A stretch of DNA of 32,000 nucleotides from Moraxella nasovis (GCF_022701215.1 NZ_CP089976.1:720001-752000); one strand, 5' to 3'. Shown: positions 7,280 through 17,065, counted from the stretch's first letter. A program made the numbers and translations. Notes: a model not told the origin generated them from the sequence alone.

Positions 7280-8365
7280 ATGACCTTTATGAGTGATCGC
7301 CTTGCCCAAAATCAAGCAGAAAACGAAGAAAAACGCCAAAAAGCCAATCATCAGACACCCGCCAAATCAGAAAAAGCCGAGCAAGCCATCACACACGCCA
7401 AATATGCCCGCTTTGCTTTTGATGTCAATGAGATTATGGCGAAACTTTCTGCCACAATCGTAGGACAAGGCGATGCCCTACAACAAATTGAACAAATGCT
7501 GACGGTGGTTAAGGCAGATTTCAACCCAAAAGACAAACCCTTATCCGTTACCTTAATGCTTGGACCGACAGGGGTTGGTAAGACCGAAACGGTGCGTATC
7601 ATCAGCGAAGCTATCTACGGCAATGCCAACGCCTTTTGTCGTATTGACATGAACACCTTAGCCCAAGAGCATTATAGTGCCGCCCTGACAGGAGCACCGC
7701 CGGGCTATGTTGGTAGCAAAGAAGGCAATACGTTATTTAACCTTGAAGCGATTGCAGGCAGTTTTTCTAAGCCTGGTATCGTCTTATTTGATGAAATAGA
7801 AAAAGCAAGCAACGAAGTGATTAGAGCATTGCTCAATGTGCTAGATACAGGCAAACTCACGCTAACTTCTGGTACTAAGGCGATTGATTTTAGTAATTGC
7901 ATGATTTTTATGACCAGTAATGTGGGTGCAAGAGCCAGCCAAATTCGCTTGGAACAATTAAATAAACTGCCCGCCACTCTACAAAGCTTGGCAGGCAGAT
8001 TAAAATTGGACGAGACAACCTTAGTCCAAAAAGCCCTTGAACGTAAATTTGACCCTGAATTTATTAACCGCATTGAGCGTATCTTGGCTTACCAAAAAAT
8101 CAACGACGACCAAATCCCCAAACTGATTGACATTGAACTTGATAAACTCAATGCCCGCCTAAGCAAAAAAGATCATCATGTTCAGCTGACCAATGACGCT
8201 GTCAACTACCTAGCCGATGGCTATGATGTGCGGTATGGAGCAAGGGGGCTTGGGCGAAAAATACGCACCGAGCTTGAACCTTTATTGGCAAGTTGGTATT
8301 TGGCACACCCTGACGATGGCACGGTAATCGTTGATGCTTGTGCTGATGGTCTGTGCATTGCGTGA
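7280..8365 (+). CDS. amiB: Stand-alone Clp D2-like AAA+ ATPase (AmiB-like)
   Basis: This 361-aa ORF has Walker A (GPTGVGKTE), Walker B (IVLFDEIEKA), a sensor (FMTSN) and a ClpB-D2-small-like C-terminus (RYGARGLGRKIRTELE). It lies directly downstream of amiE, as in the Pseudomonas ami operon. Confidence 0.7.
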   Translation: MTFMSDRLAQNQAENEEKRQKANHQTPAKSEKAEQAITHAKYARFAFDVNEIMAKLSATIVGQGDALQQIEQMLTVVKADFNPKDKPLSVTLMLGPTGVGKTETVRIISEAIYGNANAFCRIDMNTLAQEHYSAALTGAPPGYVGSKEGNTLFNLEAIAGSFSKPGIVLFDEIEKASNEVIRALLNVLDTGKLTLTSGTKAIDFSNCMIFMTSNVGARASQIRLEQLNKLPATLQSLAGRLKLDETTLVQKALERKFDPEFINRIERILAYQKINDDQIPKLIDIELDKLNARLSKKDHHVQLTNDAVNYLADGYDVRYGARGLGRKIRTELEPLLASWYLAHPDDGTVIVDACADGLCIA

Positions 8366-8489
8366 ATGCTAAGTTTTGACTTGTAGCTGTAATCAGCTTA
8401 AAGTGTTAAAAAATGGCGCAGATTTCATTCACCCCGCCCCTTATCCATAGCAGCTTATATACTGCTTGGTTATCGCTTTAAGTCGTCTC

Positions 8490-8530
8490 AACAAAAACTA
8501 AAAGCAATCCACCCTATAGATGGATTGCTT
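8490..8530 (-). terminator. Rho-independent terminator after glcB (may also stop amiB transcription)
   Basis: AAGCAATCCA-ccctataga-TGGATTGCTT is a perfect 10-bp stem at 8502-8530. On the minus-strand transcript it is followed by UUUUAGUUUUUG. Confidence 0.7.
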
Positions 8531-8550
8531 GGTTGCTCTACAATGCGATT

Positions 8551-10713
8551 TTAATCCCCCTGATAGCCTTTTAGCTTCAAGCGTGCCTTGTGTAGGAGTG
8601 GCTCGGTATAGCCAGATGGCTCGGTTGTGCCTTTGAAAATTAGGTCTTTGGCGGCATTAAAGGCGATGTTATTGTCAAAATCGCTCGCCATTGGGCGATA
8701 TTCAAGGTCGCCCTTGTTTTGCTCGTCCACAACTTTTGCCATGCGTTTTAAAGCTTCCATCACATCGTCTTCGCTCACAATGCCATGGGTTAGCCAATTG
8801 GCGATGTGCTGACTTGAAATGCGTAGCGTGGCACGGTCTTCCATCAGCCCCACATTATGAATGTCAGGCACTTTTGAACAACCCACGCCCAAATCTACCC
8901 ATCTGACGACATAACCCAAAATACCTTGACAATTATTGTCCAATTCACGGCGTTTGACTTCATCGCCAAAGTTGGTGTCTGTCGCCAAAGGCAAGGTCAA
9001 TAAGTCGTCCAAACTTGGCACCGCTTCGCCAAGCAGTTCATCTTGGCGGTCCAAGACACAGCACTGGTGGTAATGAATGGCGTGAATGGTCGCACCAGAT
9101 GGCGATGGCACCCATGCACAGCTTGCCCCCGCTTGGGGGTGTTCAATCTTCGTGCGGTACATATCGGCAAGCTCATCAGGCTTTGGCCACATACCTTTGC
9201 CAATTTGGGCTTTTGAACGCAGACCTGCATTTAGACCAATGGCGACATTGCGTTTTTCATAAGCATCAAACCAAACTTGCTTTTTGATGTCGCCTTTTGG
9301 GACAAACGCCCCTGCCTGCATGGCGGTGTGAATCTCATCACCTGTTCTGTCCATAAAGCCAGTATTGATAAAGATGGTGCGGTCTTTTGCCTTGGCGATG
9401 CAATTTTTTAGGTTGGCGGACGTGCGTTTTTCTTCGTCCATAATCCCCATTTTGACCGATTTGGCAGGCAGTCCGATGGCTTTTTCGGCACGCTCAAACA
9501 GCTCCACAGCAAACGCCACTTCGTCTGAGCCGTGCATTTTGGGTTTGACGATGTACATAGAGCCTGTACGAGAGTTACGCAATGTGTTTTCGCCACGAAT
9601 ATCAACCGCACTTAGCATGGGCGTGATGAGTGCGTCCATAATCCCTTCAAAAATCTCTTCGCCATCTACAAGAATGGCAGGATTGGTCATCAAATGCCCC
9701 ACATTACGAAGGAGCATGACCGAACGCCCATGCAGAGTTTGGGTGTCGCCATTTAGGTCGGTATAAGTGCGGTCGTCATTGAGCATGCGGGTGATGGTTT
9801 TGCCGTTTTTTTCTACTTGTTCAGACAAATCCCCCTTCATCAAACCCAACCAATTACGATAACCTTCTACTTTCTCGCTGGCATCTACTGCCGCCACCGA
9901 ATCTTCTAGGTCTTGAATGGTGGTAACCGCCGATTCCATCACAACATCTTTTACACCTGCTTTGTCAGACTTGCCGATGGCGTGCGTGCGGTCAATTTGA
10001 ATAATGACGTGTAAGCCGTTGTTTTTTAGGATAATTTCGCTTGGGCTGTCAGGCTCGCCATTATAGCCGACTAACTGTTCGGCATTTTTTAAAGTCGTCT
10101 TGCTATCGCCGATTTGTGCCAAAAGTTTAGCGTCTTTGATGGCATAAGCCGTTACATCGCTGTGCAAGCCGTCTGTTAGGGAGAAAGTCTCATCAAGGAA
10201 ATTTTTGGCAAATTCAACGACTTTTGCCCCACGCACAGGGTTATAGCCTACCCCCTTGTCCGCACCGTCTGTTTGGGGGATAACATCAAAGCCGTACAAA
10301 GCATCATACAGCGACCCCCAGCGGGCATTACCTGCGTTTAGGGCATAGCGAGCATTACGCACAGGCACGACAAGCTGAGCCCCTGAAATCGTTGCAATTT
10401 CGTCATCTACATTGTCTGTGGTGATTTGAAAATCATCAACTTCTGGTTCAAGATAACCAATATCAGTCAAAAAACTTTTATAGGCACTTAGCTCATAAGG
10501 GTTGTTTTTGTGCCATTCATCAATCTTGGCTTGTAGTTCGTCTCGCTTGGCAAGCAAGGCTTTATTTTTTGGGGTCAAATCACGCACAACTTGCTCAAAG
10601 TTTTGCCAATAAGTATTGCTGTCAATCCGTGCAACAGGTAGGGCTTCTTGTTCAATAAAGTCAAATAAAATCTTGTCAATGGCAAGTGTGCCTTTTTGGA
10701 TACGGTCGGTCAT
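8551..10713 (-). CDS. glcB: Malate synthase G
   Basis: This 720-aa ORF has the length and sequence typical of GlcB (MTDRIQKGTLAID..., ...MYIVKPKMHGSDEVAF..., ...GMWPKPDELADM...). A Shine-Dalgarno AAGGA lies upstream. Confidence 0.93.
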   Translation of the reverse strand: MTDRIQKGTLAIDKILFDFIEQEALPVARIDSNTYWQNFEQVVRDLTPKNKALLAKRDELQAKIDEWHKNNPYELSAYKSFLTDIGYLEPEVDDFQITTDNVDDEIATISGAQLVVPVRNARYALNAGNARWGSLYDALYGFDVIPQTDGADKGVGYNPVRGAKVVEFAKNFLDETFSLTDGLHSDVTAYAIKDAKLLAQIGDSKTTLKNAEQLVGYNGEPDSPSEIILKNNGLHVIIQIDRTHAIGKSDKAGVKDVVMESAVTTIQDLEDSVAAVDASEKVEGYRNWLGLMKGDLSEQVEKNGKTITRMLNDDRTYTDLNGDTQTLHGRSVMLLRNVGHLMTNPAILVDGEEIFEGIMDALITPMLSAVDIRGENTLRNSRTGSMYIVKPKMHGSDEVAFAVELFERAEKAIGLPAKSVKMGIMDEEKRTSANLKNCIAKAKDRTIFINTGFMDRTGDEIHTAMQAGAFVPKGDIKKQVWFDAYEKRNVAIGLNAGLRSKAQIGKGMWPKPDELADMYRTKIEHPQAGASCAWVPSPSGATIHAIHYHQCCVLDRQDELLGEAVPSLDDLLTLPLATDTNFGDEVKRRELDNNCQGILGYVVRWVDLGVGCSKVPDIHNVGLMEDRATLRISSQHIANWLTHGIVSEDDVMEALKRMAKVVDEQNKGDLEYRPMASDFDNNIAFNAAKDLIFKGTTEPSGYTEPLLHKARLKLKGYQGD

Positions 10714-10737
10714 ATTTTATCCTTAAAATCAATCATT

Positions 10738-10776
10738 TAAAAAAAACGGTGCTTTGCTTTTTACAAAACACCGTTT
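10738..10776 (-). terminator. Rho-independent terminator after aceA, upstream of glcB
   Basis: The minus-strand transcript reads AAACGGUG...CACCGUUU followed by about 8 U. The loop can extend the stem by 4-5 more pairs. Confidence 0.6.
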
Positions 10777-10893
10777 ACAGTCAATTTAGGTGAGACCAAG
10801 CGGATAAATGCTAATGCAAGGAAAACGAGCGAAGCTGTACAAGTAGTACTGCAAGCGAGTTTGACGAAGCAGTAGCGTTTAGCCGAGCAGGTC

Positions 10894-12498
10894 TTAGCCG
10901 CCAAACTGGTTCATGGTGTTCTTACTCGCATCTCCTGCTTTTAGGGCATTATCACCAGAGAAAATCTCTTTGTGGTCATCGCCAATATCGGAGCCTGCCA
11001 TCGCTTGATGCTTCACGCAAGCGATTCCGCCACGAATTTCTTTACGCTGAACACCTGCCACATAAGCGAGCATACCTTCATCACCAAAGTAGCCTTTGGC
11101 AAGCTCATGTGTAGATAAGGCAGCAGTGTGGTAAGTTGGCAGTGTGATTAGGTGATGGAACACGCCTGCCTCACGAGCGGCATCAGCTTGGAAAGTGCGG
11201 ATTTTGTCATCGGCATCACGGGCAAGCTCGCTGTCGTCATATTGTGCGTCCATCAGTTTGGCACGGTCGTAGCCTGATACATCTTTGCCCTCGGCAACCC
11301 AGCGGTCGTAGGCTTGCTGACGGAAGTTTAGCGTCCAGTTAAATGATGGCGAATTGTTGTACACCAATTTGGCATCTGGTACTTGTTTTTTGATGTCGTT
11401 CACAAAACTTGCAATGGCAGCCACATCTGGCGTTGGCGTTTCAATCCAAATCATGTCCGCACCGTTTTGAAGTGATGTTACGCAGTCTAGCACCACACGG
11501 TCATGCTGTGTGCCTTTACGGAACTGATATAAACCTGACGGCAAGCGAGTGGGTCTGTGTAATTTGCCATCACGCTTGATGAGAATTTCGTCATCAAAGG
11601 CATCAGCGATGTCAATCTCGGCGGTTTCTAGGTAGCTGATGTATTTGCTTGCCAAATCGCCTTTTTCTTTTGATACTGGGATTTTTTGGGTCAAATCCGC
11701 CCCTTCTGAGTCGGTACGAGCGACAATCACGCCATCATCAACGCCAAGCTCCAAAAACGCATAACGCACGGCGTTAATCTTAGCCAAAAAGTCTTCGTGC
11801 GGTACCGTAACTTTACCTGCTTGGTGTCCGCATTGCTTGGCATCTGACACTTGGTTTTCAATCTGAATGGCACACGCCCCAGCTTCAATCATCTGCTTGG
11901 TCAAAAGATAAGTCGCCTCTTCGTTACCAAAGCCTGCATCAATGTCAGCGATGATTGGCACGACATGGGTTTCAAAATTATCAATTTGACTTTCAATCTC
12001 TTTGGCAAGGGCGGTATCGCCTGCTTCTTCTGCCTTTTGTAAGGCACGAAATAGGTCATTTAATTCTTTGGCATCTGCTTGACGAAGGAAAGTATAAATC
12101 TCGGCGATGAGTTTTGGCACAGCGGTTTTTTCGTGCATGGACTGGTCAGGCAATGGACCAAACTCAGAACGCAGTGCCGCCACCATCCAACCTGATAGGT
12201 AGATGTAGCGTTTGTCGGTTGTGCCAAAGTATTTTTTATTGGCAATCATTTTTTGTTGGGCGATAAATCCATGCCAACAGCCGAGCGACTGGGTGTATTT
12301 GCTGTTATCAGCGTCGTATTCTGCCATGTCACGACGCATGATTGATGCGGTGTATTTGGCGATGTCAAGTCCTGTTTTAAAGCGGTTTTGCACCATCATA
12401 CGGGCAGCGTCATCGGGGCAGATAGCACCCCAAGTATCGCCAAGCTTGGCTTTTACGTTCTTCACGTGTTGTAGTGCTGATTGATAAGACTGTGTCAT
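10894..12498 (-). CDS. aceA: Isocitrate lyase (long, Pseudomonas/Acinetobacter-type form)
   Basis: The ORF track gives 541 aa starting at 12519. I prefer the ATG at 12498 (MTQSYQSALQ...) because AAGGAG lies 7-8 nt upstream of it. The protein is ICL-like throughout (KQCGHQAGKV). Confidence 0.92.
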   Translation of the reverse strand: MTQSYQSALQHVKNVKAKLGDTWGAICPDDAARMMVQNRFKTGLDIAKYTASIMRRDMAEYDADNSKYTQSLGCWHGFIAQQKMIANKKYFGTTDKRYIYLSGWMVAALRSEFGPLPDQSMHEKTAVPKLIAEIYTFLRQADAKELNDLFRALQKAEEAGDTALAKEIESQIDNFETHVVPIIADIDAGFGNEEATYLLTKQMIEAGACAIQIENQVSDAKQCGHQAGKVTVPHEDFLAKINAVRYAFLELGVDDGVIVARTDSEGADLTQKIPVSKEKGDLASKYISYLETAEIDIADAFDDEILIKRDGKLHRPTRLPSGLYQFRKGTQHDRVVLDCVTSLQNGADMIWIETPTPDVAAIASFVNDIKKQVPDAKLVYNNSPSFNWTLNFRQQAYDRWVAEGKDVSGYDRAKLMDAQYDDSELARDADDKIRTFQADAAREAGVFHHLITLPTYHTAALSTHELAKGYFGDEGMLAYVAGVQRKEIRGGIACVKHQAMAGSDIGDDHKEIFSGDNALKAGDASKNTMNQFGG

Positions 12499-12891
12499 GA
12501 TACTACTCCTTATTGTCATGATGTGCTAGGCACGGGGTTTTGGTAAGAAAAAGATGGTCAAACCATTTGACTTCATCATCTTTAAACACAGCATACAAAA
12601 ATCTTTGCACCTTGACTACCCTATGAAACTGTATATTCACTATTTATATAAAAAATGATACTAGTTTTATTATTAAAATATTAAATATAATAAGACGCTT
12701 TGGTGGTTCATTGACAGTACTTCGCCTGCTTTTGCTTGCGTTATGGTGTTTTTGGGTGAGCTTTGTTAAAATTGAGCCAATAACAGCTTTTATGCAATCA
12801 ATTTTGTATAATTTGGTACAGGCTTACAATGCCACCCCCTTGGCGATTATAGCAATCGCCTAAAATCCACCCTAACCGATGAAAGCACATA

Positions 12892-13878
12892 ATGACACAT
12901 TCAAACAACTTCATGCACCACATCTTTGGACATCGATCTCCTGACACTGATGCGATCGTTTCTGCCTTAGTCTTAGCAGAATATTTTCGCTTACAAGGCG
13001 TTCCATCCGCCTCTTATCGCCTAGGCAAAATGAATGGCGAAAGTACGTTTTTATTAAATTTAGTATCAGCTCGCCCACCCATTTACTTAGATCCTGATCA
13101 GCCTTATGATATACTTCACTCAGGTGATATCATCTGCCTTACCGACCATAATGAGACAGCCCAAAGCATTAACCATCTTGAAGACTTTACCATCAGTCAT
13201 GTGATTGACCACCACAAAATCGCCTTAAACACAAAAACGCCTGCCTACATTCGCATCATGCCTGTTGGTTGCACTTGTACTATTTTACTTGACCTATTCA
13301 CCGAAAAAAGACTTCCCATTACAGCAAAGACTGCCACACTGATGCTCGGTGCTATCATCTCAGACACCCTAAATCTACAAAGCCCGACAACCACAGACAG
13401 CGATATCCTAGCGGTAGATAAGCTTGCTAAAATCGCACAGATTCACCGTGTGGATGAATTTGCTGAGCGGCTGTTCACCGCCAAAAGCAACCTTACACAT
13501 CTATCTGCCCAAGACATCTTACTTGGGGACTATAAAGAATTTAGCTTTAATGAGATGAGCGGCACTGTAAAATGGGGTATTGCAGGCATTGAAACTATGG
13601 ATAGCTCATACGTGTTTAATCGCATGGATGAATTAACAAGCCAAGCCGCTTTACTTAAAAATACCAAAAATTTAGATTATCTAATGATCGCTGTGGTGGA
13701 CATCCGAGCAAAAACAAGCTTTATCATGGCGTATGACGAAGCCCAAAACGCCATCATCAGACAAGCATTTGATATCAATGATGATGGCAAACTGTTTACA
13801 CTAAAGGGCATCGTCAGCCGTAAAAAACAACTGGTGCCGACACTGGCTCATTACCACCAAAGCTTTAGTAAAAATTAA
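12892..13878 (+). CDS. ppaC: Family II (Mn-dependent, DHH-DHHA2) inorganic pyrophosphatase
   Basis: This 328-aa ORF aligns, from memory, with Bacillus PpaC: FGH.SPDTDAI, DHNE, IDHHK, PVGCT.TIL, AIISDTL...SPTTT, LKGIVSRKKQLVP. The start could instead be the Met at 12913. Confidence 0.88.
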   Translation: MTHSNNFMHHIFGHRSPDTDAIVSALVLAEYFRLQGVPSASYRLGKMNGESTFLLNLVSARPPIYLDPDQPYDILHSGDIICLTDHNETAQSINHLEDFTISHVIDHHKIALNTKTPAYIRIMPVGCTCTILLDLFTEKRLPITAKTATLMLGAIISDTLNLQSPTTTDSDILAVDKLAKIAQIHRVDEFAERLFTAKSNLTHLSAQDILLGDYKEFSFNEMSGTVKWGIAGIETMDSSYVFNRMDELTSQAALLKNTKNLDYLMIAVVDIRAKTSFIMAYDEAQNAIIRQAFDINDDGKLFTLKGIVSRKKQLVPTLAHYHQSFSKN

Positions 13879-13977
13879 CAAAATAGATGATTTTAGTCAT
13901 GAATTCATGCTAAACTAAATGAGCATATTATCCCAAACCTTGACTTTGTGTTAAGTTTCATTAGAAAGGAAAACCCC

Positions 13978-15357
13978 ATGTTTAAAGACATCTCTTTGCA
14001 CGCCTACGACCCAGAACTTGCCGCCGCCATTGATGCTGAAAGCCAGCGTCAAGAAGACCACATTGAGCTTATCGCCTCAGAAAACTACTGCTCGCCTGCG
14101 GTCATGGAAGCCCAAGGCACCGCTTTGACCAACAAATATGCCGAAGGCTATCCAAACAAACGCTACTACGGTGGCTGTGAACACGTAGACATCATTGAGC
14201 AAATCGCCATTGACCGTGCCAAAGAGCTGTTTGGTGCTGACTACGCCAACGTACAGCCCCACTCAGGTTCATCTGCCAATGCGGCGGTCTATTTGGCACT
14301 CCTAGAAGCAGGCGATACCGTGCTTGGCATGAGCTTGGCTCACGGTGGGCATTTGACGCATGGGGCTTCTGTGTCATTCTCTGGCAAGACTTATAATGCA
14401 GTACATTATGGCATCACCGATGACGGATTTATTGATTATGATGAAGTTGCTCGCCTAGCACGCACGCACAAGCCTAAGATGATTATTGGTGGGTTCTCAG
14501 CGTATAGCCAAGTGGTGGATTGGCAAAAGTTTCGTGAGATTGCCGATGAAGTGGGTGCTTATCTGATGGTGGATATGGCACACGTGGCAGGTCTTGTGGC
14601 AGCAGGCGTGTATCCTAACCCTGTCAAGATTGCTGATGTTACCACCACCACCACACACAAAACCTTGCGTGGTCCACGTTCAGGTCTTATTCTTGCCAAA
14701 GCGAATGCAGAGATTGAGAAAAAACTAAACTCAGCCGTATTCCCCGGTAGCCAAGGCGGTCCTTTGATGCACGCTGTGGCAGCCAAAGCGGTGTGCTTTA
14801 AAGAAGCGATGAGCGATGACTACAAAGCCTACCAACAGCAGGTCGTCAAAAATGCCCAAGCCATGGCAAATACCATCATCAATCGTGGCTATGACGTGGT
14901 CTCTGGCGGTACCCAGAACCACCTAATGCTCGTCAGCCTAATCAAACAAGGCATCACAGGCAAAGACGCAGACAAATGGCTTGGCGATGCTCACATCACC
15001 GTCAATAAAAACGCCGTACCAAACGACCCCAAATCACCCTTTGTTACATCAGGCATTCGCCTAGGCACGCCAGCGGTAACCACTCGTGGCTTTAAAGAAG
15101 CAGAATGCGTTGCCTTAGCAGGTTGGATTTGTGATATTTTAGATGCCAAAGGCGATGAGACAGTGATTGGCGAAGTGCGTGCCAAAGTTGCTGATGTCTG
15201 TGCTAGATTGCCCGTCTACCAAAAATCTAAAGCCAAAGAGCTTTTAGCCAAACTTGGTGATGTTATCGATGAGCAAGCGGATAATGAACTTATCCAAACT
15301 GCCAAAGAAAAAGTGACTGAGCTTTATGAAAAGCTAAGCCAAAAGATTGCTAAGTAA
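13978..15357 (+). CDS. glyA: Serine hydroxymethyltransferase with a 44-aa C-terminal extension
   Basis: I chose the ATG at 13978 (MFKDISL...) because AAAGGAAAA lies upstream. The ORF-track start at 13948 is a GTG with no ribosome-binding site. The protein is canonical SHMT ([14 protein letters not shown]) up to ...CARLPVYQ. It then continues with [44 protein letters not shown]. Confidence 0.93.
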   Translation: MFKDISLHAYDPELAAAIDAESQRQEDHIELIASENYCSPAVMEAQGTALTNKYAEGYPNKRYYGGCEHVDIIEQIAIDRAKELFGADYANVQPHSGSSANAAVYLALLEAGDTVLGMSLAHGGHLTHGASVSFSGKTYNAVHYGITDDGFIDYDEVARLARTHKPKMIIGGFSAYSQVVDWQKFREIADEVGAYLMVDMAHVAGLVAAGVYPNPVKIADVTTTTTHKTLRGPRSGLILAKANAEIEKKLNSAVFPGSQGGPLMHAVAAKAVCFKEAMSDDYKAYQQQVVKNAQAMANTIINRGYDVVSGGTQNHLMLVSLIKQGITGKDADKWLGDAHITVNKNAVPNDPKSPFVTSGIRLGTPAVTTRGFKEAECVALAGWICDILDAKGDETVIGEVRAKVADVCARLPVYQKSKAKELLAKLGDVIDEQADNELIQTAKEKVTELYEKLSQKIAK

Positions 15358-15368
15358 TCTGCTTTTTT

Positions 15369-15400
15369 AAAAACCTTTCTGCTAATAGAAAGGTTTTTTT
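15369..15400 (+). terminator. Rho-independent terminator after glyA
   Basis: AAAAACCTTTCT-gctaa-TAGAAAGGTTTTTTT has a stem ending in a T tract. Confidence 0.8.
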
Positions 15401-15523
15401 ATGTCAATTTACTGCTGATAGCAGTCTTTATGGTGGCTACCAATCTACACAAAAACTTTTAGAAGTCTAGATAGGCGTGGTATAATACGGTAGTTTAAAT
15501 TCATCTTTTGATTGGTCACTGTC

Positions 15524-16330
15524 ATGCCAAAACCAACCTCCAAAACCATAAAAGCAGGCGATAAGCTGTCCTCTCGCTTATGGCAGGGATTTTTAACCAC
15601 TGTTGGCACGGAGCGATTTTTTCATATCTTTTCACCATGGGTGAAATGGCTGTCTTTAATTGCCGCAATTTTATTAGGTGTTGGGACAATTTGGGGGCTG
15701 GGCTTTGCACCGCCTGACTATCTCCAAGGTAACAGCTATCGCATTATCTTTATTCATGTGCCGACCGCAAGTCTTGCCATGAGTATTTATTTTGCATTGG
15801 CAATACTTGGGGTGATTTTCTTAGTATGGAAAATTAAGACAGCAAGCCTTGTTGCCCAAGCCATCGCACCGATGGGATTTATTTTTTGTGTGCTATCACT
15901 GCTGACAGGTTCAATCTGGGCAAAACCCACATGGGGAACATACTGGGTGTGGGATGCACGATTAACCAGTATGCTGATTTTAGCGTTCTTATATGCAGGC
16001 GTGATGGCGTTATTCTCAGCGTTTGCTCACAGTCCAAACCGTGGCAAGGCAGCAGCCATTTTGTCTGTCGTCGGTGCAGTTAATCTGCCAATCATCAAGT
16101 ATTCGGTGGAGTGGTGGAATACCCTACATCAAGGGGCGACTTTCACCGTTACCAATACACCAAAAATGTCAGCGACTATGTGGGTGCCGCTATTGATTGT
16201 AATGCTAGGCATGTACTTTTTGGCAGCAGCTCTTGCTATCTATCGCACCAACTCGCTCGCCCTAGCCTATGATCATAATAAATCTTGGGTACAAAGACTT
16301 ATCAATGCAGGCCAAAGGAGCGACTCATGA
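15524..16330 (+). CDS. ccmC: Heme exporter / heme lyase subunit CcmC
   Basis: The protein is colinear with E. coli CcmC from memory (GFAPPDYLQGNSYRIIFIHVP, WGTYWVWDARLTS tryptophan-rich motif, NLPIIKYSVEWWNTLHQG). I chose the ATG at 15524 over the TTG at 15512. Confidence 0.9.
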   Translation: MPKPTSKTIKAGDKLSSRLWQGFLTTVGTERFFHIFSPWVKWLSLIAAILLGVGTIWGLGFAPPDYLQGNSYRIIFIHVPTASLAMSIYFALAILGVIFLVWKIKTASLVAQAIAPMGFIFCVLSLLTGSIWAKPTWGTYWVWDARLTSMLILAFLYAGVMALFSAFAHSPNRGKAAAILSVVGAVNLPIIKYSVEWWNTLHQGATFTVTNTPKMSATMWVPLLIVMLGMYFLAAALAIYRTNSLALAYDHNKSWVQRLINAGQRSDS

Positions 16331-16545
16331 CCCCTTATTTTTCTAGTGTTAGCGACCTTTTGCACATGGATGGGCATGGCAGTTTCGTTTGGGCTTGTTA
16401 TGGCATTACCTTTGTTGCCATCTTTTTATTAATCATTTTCGTGAAAAATGAGCGTAAATCCACTATTAGCAAGCTTACTCGTCAATCATACGCCAAGGGA
16501 CATCGTGATCGCCTAACCAACAAACAACGCCAACAACAATTGTGA
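16327..16545 (+). CDS. ccmD: Heme exporter protein CcmD
   Basis: The ATG at 16327 overlaps the ccmC stop (ATGA). The 72-aa protein has one TM helix ([19 protein letters not shown]) and a basic tail. Position between ccmC and ccmE supports the call. Confidence 0.75.
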   Translation: MTPYFSSVSDLLHMDGHGSFVWACYGITFVAIFLLIIFVKNERKSTISKLTRQSYAKGHRDRLTNKQRQQQL

Positions 16546-16552
16546 GTACACC

Positions 16553-17065
16553 ATGAATCAAGCCAGACAAAAAAAACTAATGTGGGTTATTGCCATGCTT
16601 GTTGGGGCAGTCATCGCTGTTAGTCTAATTTTATACGCCGTACGTCAGCAGACTGATTATTATTTTGATCCGACTGCCATCAGTCAAGGTCAAGCACCAC
16701 AAGCTAAGCGTATCCGTGCAGGTGGTATGGTGGTAGCAGGCAGCGTTAAGCGTGATCCTGCCGATCAGCTCAATGTTCAGTTTGCCATCACTGACTATAA
16801 GGCTACCGTACCCGTCTCCTATCGCGGGGTTTTACCAGATTTATTTGCCGAAAACTCAGGTGTCGTTGCTACAGGTGAACTAAAAGATGGGGTTTTTGTC
16901 GCATCTGAAGTGCTTGCCAAGCACGATGAAAATTACATGCCGCCAGAAGTTGCCAAATCCCTAAAAACACAGCACACACAAGATGGTGTTAACACCAATG
17001 GTGAGCAGTTCGTTCCTGCAACAAGTATGGCAGAAATTGATGAACGCAATACAAAAACGCCTTAA
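16553..17065 (+). CDS. ccmE: Cytochrome c-type biogenesis heme chaperone CcmE
   Basis: This 170-aa ORF has an N-terminal TM anchor, [11 protein letters not shown] and [14 protein letters not shown] (the heme-binding His motif). Confidence 0.9.
   Translation: MNQARQKKLMWVIAMLVGAVIAVSLILYAVRQQTDYYFDPTAISQGQAPQAKRIRAGGMVVAGSVKRDPADQLNVQFAITDYKATVPVSYRGVLPDLFAENSGVVATGELKDGVFVASEVLAKHDENYMPPEVAKSLKTQHTQDGVNTNGEQFVPATSMAEIDERNTKTP

Noticed and set aside
10781-10893. The purine-rich aceA-glcB spacer, considered as a tRNA or other known RNA gene.
   Set aside because: No cloverleaf arms or conserved T-loop or anticodon features could be drawn. I report it only as an unexplained 3' UTR repeat.
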